Shown here: one piece after another, positions 10,517 to 20,700 of the stretch
How the letters are laid out: the number at the start of each line of letters is the position of its first letter
How positions within the stretch are numbered: the first letter of the stretch is position 1
NCBI GenBank assembly: GCA_963821225.1
Contig: CAWGCY010000004.1
Span: 867,029-931,028, forward strand
Source: Thermoanaerobaculia bacterium
GTDB lineage: Bacteria > Acidobacteriota > Thermoanaerobaculia > UBA5066
DNA length: 64,000 nucleotides
Direction of reading: 5' to 3'
Notes under the pieces: model-generated
The model's input: only the letters and a program-made list of their open reading frames with translations
What the model was told of the DNA's origin: nothing
Database searches by the model: none
Made by a program: the position numbers and the translations under genes

Positions 10517-12331
10517 ATGTCCGCGGCCCGCGTCGCGTACCTGGACGGACGCCGCCTCGCGCGCGCCCTCGTGGCGGGAGCTCACGCCGTCGCAGGGGGG
10601 CGCGCGGAGCTGGACCGCATCAACGTGTTTCCGGTCGCGGACAACGACACGGGCTCGAACCTCGCCGCGACGCTCGCGCGCGTTTCTGCGGCGGTTGCCG
10701 GGGCGCGCGAGAGGGACGTTGCGCGCGTCGCGCGTCTCGCGGCGGACGAGGCGCTCATGGGATCGAGGGGGAACTCCGGTGCGATCCTCGCACAGCTCCT
10801 CGAGGGATTCGCCGCAGGAGCGGCAGGCGCGTCCAGGCTCTCGACGCAGGGATTCGGGGCGGCGGCCGCCACGGGCGCCGCCTCGGCGCGCGGGGCCATG
10901 GCGCAGCCGCGCGAGGGCACGATCCTGAGCGTCGTCACCGCCTTCGCGGAGGAGGCGGCCCGACGCGCGAGAGAAACGCCCGACTTTTCGGTCCTGCTTC
11001 CTCTCGCGATCGCCGAGGCGAAGCGCGCGCTCCTTCGGACGAAGGATCAGCTCGAGGTCCTGCGCCGTGCCGGCGTCGTGGACGCGGGCGCGCAAGGATT
11101 CGTCTACCTCCTCGAGGGGGCGTTCGGCGCGTTCGGGCGGGGCGCGGAGCCTTTCGCTCCGCCTCCCGAGGACCGCGTCGAGGCGCGGATCCGCGAGTCG
11201 CGCGAGTCGATCCTCTTTCGCTACTGCACGGAGGCGCTCGTGACGGGCGCGCGGCTCGAACGCGACGCGTTGCGCCGGGCGCTCGCGCCGCTCGGCGATT
11301 CGATCGCGGTCGTGGGCGGGGCCTCGCGACTGCGCGTGCACATCCACGTGAACCGCCCCGAGGACGCCTTCGCCGTCGTCCGCCGCTTCGGCGACGTCGT
11401 CGAGACGAAGGTCGAGGACATGCGCGCCCAGCACCTGGGACGGTTCGCCGTGCGGGGCCGCGTCGCGATCGTGACGGATTCCGCGTGCGACCTGCCGGAC
11501 GCCGTGCTCGAGTCGGAGGAAATCACGGTGGTGCCCCTCCGGCTCGTTCTCGGCGACGAGACCTTCCTCGACAAGGTCACGATCACCCCTGCGGAGTTCC
11601 ATCGCAGGCTCTCCGAGGGGCGCCTCGTCGCGCGCACGTCTCAGCCGCCGCCCGCGGATTTTCGCGAGGTCTACGGCGTCCTCGCCGCTCACGGCGCGCC
11701 CGTGCTCGGAATCCACGTCTCGGGCGCCCTCTCGGGCACCTTCTCGGCCGCCCGCACGGCCGCGAGCTCGCTCCGTGGCGACGGGAGCCTCGCGCCCATC
11801 GCCGTGCTCGACTCCCGAAACGTGTCCGTCGGGCAGGGCCTCGTCGTGCGTGACGCCGCGCGCGCGGCGCGAGCCGGCGCGACCCACGCCGAAGCGCTCG
11901 CGGCCGCCGCGAGAGCCGCCTCGCGGGCGCGCCTTTACGCGGCCGTGCCGTCGCTCGACATGCTCGTGAGAGGCGGCCGCGTTACTGCGGGCCAGCGTGC
12001 CCTCGCGAACGCGCTCGGCGTGGTCCCGCTCCTGACGCTCGACTCCTCGGGGCGCGCCAGGGCCGGCGGCGCCTCGCGGGGCTTCCCCCGGGCGTGCGCG
12101 AAGCTCGTCGAGAAAGCGCTCGCGAGAACCCGGGGCCTCCCGGCGTCGACGTGGGGAGTGGCCCACTTCGAGGCGCCCCGCCTCGCAGAACGCATCGCCG
12201 AGGAGCTTCTCTCGCGGCGGCCGGGTTCGGACGCTTTTCTCGTGGAGGTCGCGCCCGCCCTCGCCGCCCACGCAGGTCCAGGGGCGGTCGCGGTGGGCTT
12301 TCTGGGCGCACGTTCTCGCGATTCGCGCTGA
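10517..12331 (+). CDS. Fused DAK2 (FakA-like) and DegV (FakB-like) fatty-acid kinase
   Basis: N-half: INVFPVADNDTGSNL, RGNSGAIL, EGTILSV, VVDAGAQG, YCTE, HIH, KVEDM. C-half DegV: IVTDSACDL, TSQPP, SGALSGT, DS, GGR, HAGPG. Confidence 0.88.
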   Translation: MSAARVAYLDGRRLARALVAGAHAVAGGRAELDRINVFPVADNDTGSNLAATLARVSAAVAGARERDVARVARLAADEALMGSRGNSGAILAQLLEGFAAGAAGASRLSTQGFGAAAATGAASARGAMAQPREGTILSVVTAFAEEAARRARETPDFSVLLPLAIAEAKRALLRTKDQLEVLRRAGVVDAGAQGFVYLLEGAFGAFGRGAEPFAPPPEDRVEARIRESRESILFRYCTEALVTGARLERDALRRALAPLGDSIAVVGGASRLRVHIHVNRPEDAFAVVRRFGDVVETKVEDMRAQHLGRFAVRGRVAIVTDSACDLPDAVLESEEITVVPLRLVLGDETFLDKVTITPAEFHRRLSEGRLVARTSQPPPADFREVYGVLAAHGAPVLGIHVSGALSGTFSAARTAASSLRGDGSLAPIAVLDSRNVSVGQGLVVRDAARAARAGATHAEALAAAARAASRARLYAAVPSLDMLVRGGRVTAGQRALANALGVVPLLTLDSSGRARAGGASRGFPRACAKLVEKALARTRGLPASTWGVAHFEAPRLAERIAEELLSRRPGSDAFLVEVAPALAAHAGPGAVAVGFLGARSRDSR

Positions 12332-12371
12332 GAACGATTCGCCGCGAATATAGAGCTTGACTCTCCCGCCA

Positions 12372-12391
12372 TCCGGCAAAAAAATGCCGGA
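12372..12391. promoter_or_regulatory. Inverted repeat upstream of the FadL gene (candidate operator)
   Basis: TCCGGCA-AAAAAA-TGCCGGA, a perfect 7-bp IR just downstream of TTGACT (12357-62). Confidence 0.4.
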
Positions 12392-12449
12392 ATCTGCCAG
12401 AATGCCCACAATCAGCTTCGCTTCTCAGTGTGACGTGAAGGAGGAACCG

Positions 12450-13748
12450 GTGTTCAAATCGATTCGAAACCGGCTGACGGCCCTTGTGCTCGTCGGCCTC
12501 GTGGCCGCCGGGTCGGCGGGCCGCATCGAAGCGGCGGGCTTCGCTCTCTTCGAGCAGGGCTCGAAGGCTAACGCGGTGGGCGGAGCTTTCGCCGCCACGG
12601 CAGACGACCCTTCGGCGATGTTCTTCAACCCCGCCGGAAACGCCTTCGTCGAACGCTTTACCCTGGAAGGCGGCGGGTTCCTGATCCTCAGGCCCACCGC
12701 CGATCTCGACGGTCATAGCCCTTACCCGGGCGACGGCTACCACGCGGAGATGAGCAAGGCGCTTTACGCGATCGGACACGGGTACGGCGTCCTGCCGCTT
12801 TCGAATTCCGTGAAGCTCGCCGTCGGCTTCTGGACGCCGAACGGCCTCGGCGTGCCCTGGGAGAACCCTGACTCGTTCGCGGGCCGCTACATCAGCCAGC
12901 GCGTCGACCTGCGCCAGCTCGCGGTGTCGGCCCAGCTCGCCGTGAAGCTCACGGACTGGGTCGCGATCGGAGCCGGCCCCGAGATTCGCTTCACCGACGT
13001 GAGGCTCGGCAGAAACGTGCCCGCCGTGAACCCGTTCACCCAGCGCGTCGTGGACGTCGCCCACGTGAGCGTCGTGTCGGAAGGAACGCCGGTCAAGGTC
13101 GGCTTCGCCGCCGGCCTCCTCGTCAAGCCCTGCGAACGCCTGCGACTTGGCATCTCCTACCACTCGCACATGGACATCGACCTCGAGGGCCCGGCGACGT
13201 TCGGACAGATTCTCACGGGCAATGCGCAGTTCGACGGCGCCGTGGCGCAGGGGCTTCCCGGCAAGGGGGCCAGGGCCCGGACGACGATCCAGTTCCCCTC
13301 CGTGACGATGTTCGGCATCGCGTACGAGGTCACGCCGAACGTGACTCTCGAGGTGGACGGGAACTACACGACGTGGAAGGTATTCGACCAGACCGTCCTC
13401 CAGATCGACGGCCGTCCCGACACGCTCCTGACGCACGGCTGGCAGAACACGTGGGCCGTTCGCGCGGGTCTGACCTACAGGATGGGCTCGAGCTGGCTCG
13501 GGGGCGGCTTCATCTACGACCAGACGCCGCAGCCCGACGCCGACGTAGGACCGTTCCTGCCGGACGCGAACCGCACGGGCGGCACGATCGGCGCCGGAAT
13601 CGCCCTCACGAAACACTTCGAATTCCAGCTCTCGAGCCTGTTCCTGTGGTTCCACGAGCGGACGATCACGACGAGCAAGGACAACTTCAGCGCCACGTAC
13701 AAGACGTTCGCGATCCTGCCGAGCGCCACTCTCAAGTTGACGTTCTGA
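12450..13748 (+). CDS. OmpP1/FadL family outer-membrane transporter
   Basis: AAGGAGG SD before GTG 12450; signal peptide; 'AGFALFEQG...GGAFAATADDPSAMFFNPAG' N-terminal hatch motif; 'PDANR'; terminal Phe (LKLTF). Confidence 0.9.
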   Translation: MFKSIRNRLTALVLVGLVAAGSAGRIEAAGFALFEQGSKANAVGGAFAATADDPSAMFFNPAGNAFVERFTLEGGGFLILRPTADLDGHSPYPGDGYHAEMSKALYAIGHGYGVLPLSNSVKLAVGFWTPNGLGVPWENPDSFAGRYISQRVDLRQLAVSAQLAVKLTDWVAIGAGPEIRFTDVRLGRNVPAVNPFTQRVVDVAHVSVVSEGTPVKVGFAAGLLVKPCERLRLGISYHSHMDIDLEGPATFGQILTGNAQFDGAVAQGLPGKGARARTTIQFPSVTMFGIAYEVTPNVTLEVDGNYTTWKVFDQTVLQIDGRPDTLLTHGWQNTWAVRAGLTYRMGSSWLGGGFIYDQTPQPDADVGPFLPDANRTGGTIGAGIALTKHFEFQLSSLFLWFHERTITTSKDNFSATYKTFAILPSATLKLTF

Positions 13749-13762
13749 GGGAGCACAAGACC

Positions 13763-15241
13763 ATGAAGATCCTGAAATCCCTCCTCCGTAACTCCCTCGC
13801 TCTCGCGGCCGCCGCCGTGGCCCTCTCGGCCGCGTCGAGCGCTCAAGCGCAGGTCGACCTCTCCCGCATCGCGTGGGTCGGCGACTCCGAGGGCGCCGGC
13901 TTCTCCGCCGGCTGCCTCACGAAGCGCGTCCAGGTCGACTCGCCGGGCGCGGTCATCGCGCGCACCAACGGCGTGGACTATCAGCAGCCGATCGTGAACG
14001 ACCCGGGGCTTGGCGGCTGCCGGGTCCTCACGTCGCTCGCGCCGTCGTTCGGGAACGAGCCCTCCACGGGCACGCCGGCAAACCTCGCGCTCCCGCGCCC
14101 GTACAACAACCTCTCGGTCCCCGGCTGTGGGATCGGCGACATGCTGCGAGCCACGACGGGGGCCGATGCCTCTCCGGGCGCCTGCCGGTCGTTTATCGAT
14201 CTCGTCCTGAGGAACTCGGCCCTCCACCTCGGCTCCATGGTCGATCAGGCTGTCGCGCTGAGCCCGACGTTCGTCGTTCTCGAGAATGTGGCTAACGACT
14301 ACCTGGGCGCGGTCTTCTACGGCACCGTCGACGGCGTCACCGTCACGCCGCTCGCGTCCTTCACGGCCGACACGAACTCCGCACTCGCGAAGCTCAAGGC
14401 CAAGCAGCCGAACGGCATCGTGACCGGTGTCGCCGACGTGACGGGCTTCCCGTGGACGACGACGCTTCCCCCATACGTGACGAGCGGCGGGAAGCTCGTC
14501 CTCGATCCGACCGGCAAGCCGATCCCGCTCCTCGGGCCGAAGGGCTGCCCGGCGGGCGTGCCAGCCTGCCCGATCCCGGCGAACACGCTCGTGACGCTCC
14601 CCGCCGGGGACTACGAAAAAGCCGGATTTGGCATCCCGTGCGCAGTCGCCCCACTCCCGAACTGCAACAAGCCCCTTCCGGCCGCGACCGACGCGGCCGG
14701 CAACTACATCGCCCTCATCTACGCGGCCGACGTCGCCTTCCTCCAGAAGCGCATCGCCGACTACAACGCGGCCGTTAAGGCGGCGGCGGCGGCGAACGGC
14801 TACAAGTACTACGACGTCAACGACTGGCTCCTGCGCCTCAGGGCCGGCTTCGACATCGGCGGCATCACGATCAGCTCTGCCTTCCTGACGGGCGGAGCAT
14901 TCTCGTACGACGGCCTCCACCTCACGCCGATCGGCTACGCCCTGCTGGCCGATGACCTGACCAAGTTCATCAACGCGAACTTCGACGCGGGCCTGCCCCG
15001 CGTCAACCTCACGACATATCTCTTCAACGGCGGGACAAACGGCGGCCTCTCGGGTTCCTCCGCGCTTTACGTTCCGCTGAACGGGGAGGACTACGAAAGG
15101 GCCGTCCAGGGGATCTTCACGCCGGAGTTCGCCCGCCAGCTCGCGTCAATGTTCCCCCTGTCGAAGCCTCCGCTCGTGCAAGGGGACAGCGGCCCGGTTC
15201 AGCGCCTCGAGCCCCATCACCACAGCTTCGAGCATCCGTGA
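13763..15241 (+). CDS. Secreted SGNH/GDSL lipase/esterase
   Basis: Signal peptide ending AQAQ; block I GDS (VGDSEGAG), block II NLSVPG, block III ANDYL, block V DGLH. Confidence 0.82.
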   Translation: MKILKSLLRNSLALAAAAVALSAASSAQAQVDLSRIAWVGDSEGAGFSAGCLTKRVQVDSPGAVIARTNGVDYQQPIVNDPGLGGCRVLTSLAPSFGNEPSTGTPANLALPRPYNNLSVPGCGIGDMLRATTGADASPGACRSFIDLVLRNSALHLGSMVDQAVALSPTFVVLENVANDYLGAVFYGTVDGVTVTPLASFTADTNSALAKLKAKQPNGIVTGVADVTGFPWTTTLPPYVTSGGKLVLDPTGKPIPLLGPKGCPAGVPACPIPANTLVTLPAGDYEKAGFGIPCAVAPLPNCNKPLPAATDAAGNYIALIYAADVAFLQKRIADYNAAVKAAAAANGYKYYDVNDWLLRLRAGFDIGGITISSAFLTGGAFSYDGLHLTPIGYALLADDLTKFINANFDAGLPRVNLTTYLFNGGTNGGLSGSSALYVPLNGEDYERAVQGIFTPEFARQLASMFPLSKPPLVQGDSGPVQRLEPHHHSFEHP

Positions 15242-15266
15242 CCGGCCGAAAGATCAGGAGGACGAT

Positions 15267-16094
15267 GTGATCTCAGCTTTCCTTCCGAAATCCCTCAGGC
15301 GCTGGAACGCCGGCGTGGCCGTCTTCGCCGCGTTCTTCGTCGCCGCCTGCACGTGTACGACGGGCGGCGGATTCCGCATCACGAAGCCGACCGCCGGCGA
15401 GCATCTGCCCCCGGGCGACGTCGTCGTCTGCCTGACGGCCGTGCCGGGCGACTACTGCTACTTCCCGCCCAAGGCTTACGAAGTCACGCTCGACGGCCGC
15501 CAGAGCCGGATGGTCATGGCCGACGCCAACCCGCTGTGTACGACCTTCAGCGGCGTGGCCCCCGGACCGCACGTGGCCGACGCCTGGGTGATGCGCAACG
15601 ACAAGCGCGCCGAGACGGCCAGCGTGAAATTCATCGTCGATCCGCCGCCGCCTCCGCCGACGCCGGTGCCGACACCGGTCCCGACTCCCATACCGCCTCC
15701 TCCTCCTCCTTCCCCGCCCCCGGTAGAGCAGGAGATGGTGACGATCACCCAGAAGGGCGGCTATCTCGAGGACATCTTCTTCGACTACGACAAGTTCGCC
15801 ATCAAACCGGAGTACCACGAGCGCCTCAAGCGCGGGGCCGAGTGGATCAATAATCATCCCGACACGCAGGTCACGATCGAAGGCCACTGCGACCAGCGTG
15901 GATCGATCAAGTACAACCAAATCCTCGGTGAGAAGCGCGCCCGGATCACGCGCGACCACATGGTCAAGCTCGGCGTGGATCCGGCCCGCATGACGGTCAC
16001 GTCGGTCGGAAAAGAGCAGCTTTTCGACACGGGAACGAACGAAAAGGCATTCGCCTCGAACCGCAGGGCCCACTTCATCATCACGAAGCGCTGA
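15267..16094 (+). CDS. Pal/OmpA-domain lipoprotein with N-terminal beta domain and polyproline linker
   Basis: Lipobox VAAC; IFFDYDK, IEGHCDQRGSIKYNQILGEKRA, SVGKE, NRRA. Confidence 0.88.
   Translation: MISAFLPKSLRRWNAGVAVFAAFFVAACTCTTGGGFRITKPTAGEHLPPGDVVVCLTAVPGDYCYFPPKAYEVTLDGRQSRMVMADANPLCTTFSGVAPGPHVADAWVMRNDKRAETASVKFIVDPPPPPPTPVPTPVPTPIPPPPPPSPPPVEQEMVTITQKGGYLEDIFFDYDKFAIKPEYHERLKRGAEWINNHPDTQVTIEGHCDQRGSIKYNQILGEKRARITRDHMVKLGVDPARMTVTSVGKEQLFDTGTNEKAFASNRRAHFIITKR
15643..15723 (+). repeat. Low-complexity Pro-rich linker (P6, PTPV-type x3, P6)
   Basis: CCGCCGCCGCCTCCGCCG, three 12-bp CCGACNCCNNTN units, and a CCT run. Confidence 0.8.
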
Positions 16095-16118
16095 AAAAGG
16101 TCTGTTTCCGGCTTTCCC

Positions 16119-16155
16119 GCGGCCCGGGCTGACAAGTTCGGGCCGCTTGTCTTTT
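16119..16155 (+). terminator. Probable intrinsic terminator after the Pal-like gene
   Basis: GCGGCCCGGG-CTGACAAG-TTCGGGCCGC stem-loop followed by TTGTCTTTT. Confidence 0.55.
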
Positions 16156-16257
16156 CGGGGAGGGGTAGGTTAGGCTTGCCCTCCGCCAGCAGGTCGGGTG
16201 GGACGTTCGCCTTGTCTCGTGCGCCGGAGCGGAATCCTTGGAACTTCTGGAGAATGA

Positions 16258-16818
16258 ATGATTTCCGCAACTGAAATCCGCCCCGGAATGATCATCATCT
16301 ACAACGGTGAGTTGCACCGCACCCACAGCGTCCTTCACAAGACTCCCGGTAATCTCCGGGGTTTCGTCCAGGCGAAGCTCCGGAACCTGAAGTCGGGCGC
16401 GATGAACGAGCACCGGTTCCGGTCGGAGGACAAGGTCGAGAAGGCCTCCCTCGACACTCACGAGATGCAATACCTGTATTCGGACGGACAGGGACATCAC
16501 TTCATGAACCAGGAGACGTTCGATCAGATCCGTCTCGACGACGAGGTCGTGGGCGACTCCATGAAGTACCTCCTTCCGGAAACCGTCATCGAGGTCGATT
16601 TCTACGACGGCAATCCGGTCTCGGTCGAGCTTCCGACGACCGTGAATCTCCGGATCGTGGAGGTCGAGCCCGGCATGAAAGGCGCGACCGCGTCGGCGTC
16701 CTACAAGCCGGCGAAGCTCGAGACCGGCCTCGTCGTGCAGGTGCCGCAATTCGTCGAGGCGGGTACGGTGGTCAAGATCGACACGCGCGACGACGCCTAT
16801 CTGGAGCGTGTCTCCTGA
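16258..16818 (+). CDS. efp: Elongation factor P (PGNLR loop variant)
   Basis: 186 aa; HKTPGNLRGFVQAKLRNL, MQYLY, FMNQETFDQI, KPAKLETG, VQVPQF, DTR...YLER. Confidence 0.95.
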   Translation: MISATEIRPGMIIIYNGELHRTHSVLHKTPGNLRGFVQAKLRNLKSGAMNEHRFRSEDKVEKASLDTHEMQYLYSDGQGHHFMNQETFDQIRLDDEVVGDSMKYLLPETVIEVDFYDGNPVSVELPTTVNLRIVEVEPGMKGATASASYKPAKLETGLVVQVPQFVEAGTVVKIDTRDDAYLERVS

Positions 16819-16868
16819 GCTTTCTGCTCGCGGCCGTCCTGGGCGGAGCGCTGAGCTCGGGGAGCGAC

Positions 16869-17714
16869 GTGTCCCTGTCCTCCCCGCTCGCGATGCTCCT
16901 CGAGGCGCGGGCCGCCGCTCTGGGCGCGGACGTCGCCGGCGGCGGCTCTTCGGACCGCGCTTCCCTTGCGAAGCCCTGTCCCGCGCGTGACCCCGAAGAC
17001 GGGCGCTGCTACCCGTCGGCCGACGCGGCGGACCTCGCGTGGCTCGCACGCTCCACGAATCCAAAGGTCCTCGCGAGCCGAGCCGACGTTCCCGAAGAGG
17101 ACCCGGACGACCCCGACGACTCCGATGACGCTGGAGACGGGCCGGGCGCGACACCGTCCATGAGCCCGGCGCGCCTCGCCTTCTGGCAGCACCTCGCCAA
17201 GACCGTCACGGGCCTCGTCGTGCGCAAGACGAACAACCGTCCGGTCTCGGTCCCCGAGGGCGAGCTCGCCGAGCTCTTCGCGACGGACTTCCCGCTGCCG
17301 CTCGAGGCGTTCGACCGTGCGAAGTTCCGCGACACATTCCTCTCCGGGCGCGGCCGGCACAGGAAGCACCATGCGATCGACCTGCCCGCGTCGCGCGGAA
17401 CGCCGGTCCTCTCCGTCGCGGATGGAGTCGTCGAGCGCCTCGGACGCGACAAGAGAGGCGGGAAGGTCGTTTACCTGCGCGACGCGACCGGGAAGTACAC
17501 GTTCTTCTACGCGCACCTCGCGCGGCACGAGAAGGGCCTCAGGGCCGGTGACCACGTCGCGAAGGGGCAGCGCCTCGGCGAGGTCGGCGCCACGGGCCAC
17601 GTCATCGGCGGTCCCCATCTGCACTTCGCGATCTTCCGCGACGAGGACGCAGCGGGACGCGCGCTGGTCGTGAACCCCTACCTCGTCTTCAGCCCGATCC
17701 TGACGGCGCCCTAG
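16869..17714 (+). CDS. M23 family metallopeptidase
   Basis: HHAID (HxxxD), FYAHL, GATG, PHLHF, VNPY. Start codon uncertain. Confidence 0.85.
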   Translation: MSLSSPLAMLLEARAAALGADVAGGGSSDRASLAKPCPARDPEDGRCYPSADAADLAWLARSTNPKVLASRADVPEEDPDDPDDSDDAGDGPGATPSMSPARLAFWQHLAKTVTGLVVRKTNNRPVSVPEGELAELFATDFPLPLEAFDRAKFRDTFLSGRGRHRKHHAIDLPASRGTPVLSVADGVVERLGRDKRGGKVVYLRDATGKYTFFYAHLARHEKGLRAGDHVAKGQRLGEVGATGHVIGGPHLHFAIFRDEDAAGRALVVNPYLVFSPILTAP

Positions 17715-17729
17715 GGAGGGGCGGACGCT

Positions 17730-17756
17730 GGAGCGGCGGCCATGGCCGCGCGCTCC
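17730..17756. terminator. Hairpin between convergent genes
   Basis: GGAGCG-GCGGCC-AT-GGCCGC-G-CGCTCC; no U-tract. Confidence 0.35.
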
Positions 17757-20700
17757 TCACACGCGCCTCACGCCCTCCAGGGCGAGGACGTGCTCGAGCC
17801 ACTGGTTCGCAAGTCTCTCTTCGAGCGAATTCTGGGAAAGTCGCGCGCGGAGGTTCTCCCAGTCCATCTCGTCGAGCTTCTGGTCCTGATTGAAGCACGA
17901 GAACACGAACGATTCCTTGTTCGTGGCCGGGTCCACGTGTCGCTGGAGGCACTGCGCGCAGACCTCCTTCATCATGCATTGCATCGGCGAGTTGATCGAC
18001 CCGATTCCCTCGTGCGCCGCGAAAAGGTGCGGCGCGAGGACGCCGTGGCGCGCGGCGGTGACGGCCGCCATCATGCGGTCGGAGCCGATCACGATGAGAC
18101 GCGACGCCTCGGCGAGCGCGATCGTCGTCTTCCCGAGGCGACCTTCGGCATACGCGAGCATGGCCTGCACGATGTTGCCGAGGAACGTGAAGTCCTGCGG
18201 GCGCTTCGCCGGAATCGTCGGAGCCATGTCCACGGTCCAGACGACGACGTCGGCCGCGGCCTCGATCTCCTCGCGCTTGTAGAAGTCTTCGGCCTTCTTG
18301 TAGCCCGCGAAATAGACGACTTTGTTGCCGCGCGCGCGGGCCTCGCGTCCGATCGAGAACAGCACGGCGTTTCCGAGCCCGCCGCCGCACAGCACGAGCG
18401 TTTGGTTCTCCGGCAGATAGGTGGGCGCGCCTGTCGGGCCCATGACGACGACGGGCTCTCCCTCCCGCAGCAAGGAGCAGAGCCGGCTCGAGACGCCAAT
18501 CTCGAGCGCGATCATGGAGAGGAGGCCCTTCTCCTTGTCGACCCATGCGCCGGTGAGAGCGCAGGGCTCGATGAGAGCCGGCGCGCCGGGGCCGCCGTTC
18601 ATGCCCGGCAGCCGCGCCGCGAAGGCCTCGTAGTTCTGAAACCGGTAGAACTGCCCGGGCCGAAAGTTGCGCACGGCCATCGGCGCCCTCACGAGGACGT
18701 CGACGATCGTCGGCGTGAGCCGGTCGACGCGCACGACGCGGGGCACGAGGAGGTCGTCCATCGTCGCGCCGAAGGACCTCCAGGCGGCGTCGCGGGCCGC
18801 CTGCGCGGCCACCGAGCGGTCGAGGGCCGAGAGCGCATCCTCGAAGAGCTCGAGAATCCTCGGCGTGCCGTCCCTCGCCGACGCCATCGCCTTCACGACC
18901 GAGCCGGCGTAGACGGGGTGATTGTCGCCGAAGTACGAAAGGAGCTTGCCCCGGTACACCGTCCCGGTGAAGAACGCGCCGACCCCGTCGTCCTTCGCGA
19001 CGAGACGGAACCCCGCGCCGTCCCTCTCGGCGACGTGCGGGCGAAAGAACTTGTCCTTTGCGTCGAGCGGGATGCTCCCGGGCCGCTCCCGGGCGTAAGT
19101 CACGTTCGGCGACGTGCCCGCCGCGACGAGAAGGGTCCGGCAGGGAAGCTCGACGTTGGATCCGTCCCTCCGCTTGAAGACCACGGCGCGAAGAGCGCCG
19201 TTTTCGTCAGGCAACGCCTCGACGGGCTCGAGGTTCTCGACGAAGCCGATTCCCTCCTCGAGCGCCTTGACGATCTCCTCGTGGTTCAGGCGGTAGGCCG
19301 GGGACTCCTCCATCGAGCGCCGGTAGACGATGTTCGACCCTCCCCATTGCTTCACGAGGCGCGCGAAATCCGGCGTCTCCCCGGAGCGCGCCGCACGCTC
19401 GCGCTCCAGGCGGATCGCGTGTCCGTGCTCGAGCTGGCGGGTGAGGAGCACCCGCTCTTCGGCGGAGAGTCCGGCGAGGATGGCGGCCTCTCCCTTCTCG
19501 AAGGCGAGCTCCTCGAAGCGCTCGAGGGCCTTCTCGACGTGAAGCGGGTAATAGGCCTGCGCCTCGGTGGCCGTGTCGATCGCGGTCAGGCCTCCGCCGA
19601 TGACGAGGATCGGCACGTCGATGTGCAGGTTCGTGAGCGCGTCCTTCTTGAAGGCCCCCGTGAGCTGCAGGGCCATGAGGAAGTCCGAGGCCATTCGCAC
19701 GCCGCGGATGAGGTTGCTCGTCATCCCCACGAGCGTCGGCTTCCCGGCCCCGGCGGCGATCGCGACGTGGTCGAACCCGAGGTCGAAGGCCTGCTCGTGC
19801 GTGAGCGTCCCGCCGAAGCGCACGCCCGAGTAGATGCGAAGCGTGCGGCGGCGCGCGAGATTCAGGTAGAGGAGATCGAGGAAATTCTTGTCCCACCGCA
19901 CCGTGATGCCGTACTCGGAGACACCGCCGAAGCCCGTGAGCGTGCGCTTGTCGAGCGGGCGGAAGAGGGTCTTCGCATCCCGGATCAGCCTCGGGGCACG
20001 CGTCTCCGTGCCCGTGAACTCCGCGGGCGGCGGCTCGATCTTCAGGCCGTCGATCGCGACGACCCCGAAGCCCTCGTTCAGGAGGTGGTGCGCGAGGGTG
20101 TAACCGGCCGGCCCCAGCCCCACGACGAGGACGTTCTTTCCGTTGTAGGGAAGCGCGTAAGGGCGCCCCGCGTTGAGCGGGTTCCAGCGCGTCAGAAGCG
20201 ACCAGATCTCGAACCCCCAGGGCATCGCGAAAACGTCCGTGAGAACGCCCGTCTCCGTCTGCGGGATGTCGACGGGATCCTGCGTCTGGAAGATGCACGC
20301 CTTCATGCAGTCGTTGCAGATGCGGTGCCCGGTGCCGGGGACCATCGGATTGTCGATACAGACGAGCGCGAGGGCCGCGATCGCGTCCCCCTCGCGCCGA
20401 AGCGTGTGCATTTCCGAGATCTTCTCGTCCAACGGGCAGCCTGTCAGCGGCACGCCGAGCGGATTCGCGCGGACGCTTCCGTCCTTCTGCCAAAAGCCTT
20501 TCGTGCACGAATCCTTGTCGCGCTCGTGGCAGAGGATGCAGTAATGCGTCTCGCCGGTGACCTGGCGCGCTGTCTTGCGCGGGTCGGTGAGCGTGAAGCC
20601 GTCGCGCGCTCGCGCGTGGGAAGGCAGGCCGAAGCGCGCCTCGGGAAGGTCCGGCCGCGAGCGTTCCGTCGCGACGAGGGCATCGAACTTCATCGGCTTC

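Noticed and set aside
15643-15723. Short tandem repeats as a CRISPR array or contingency locus
   Set aside because: In-frame degenerate Pro/Thr codons of a linker; no spacers or cas genes.
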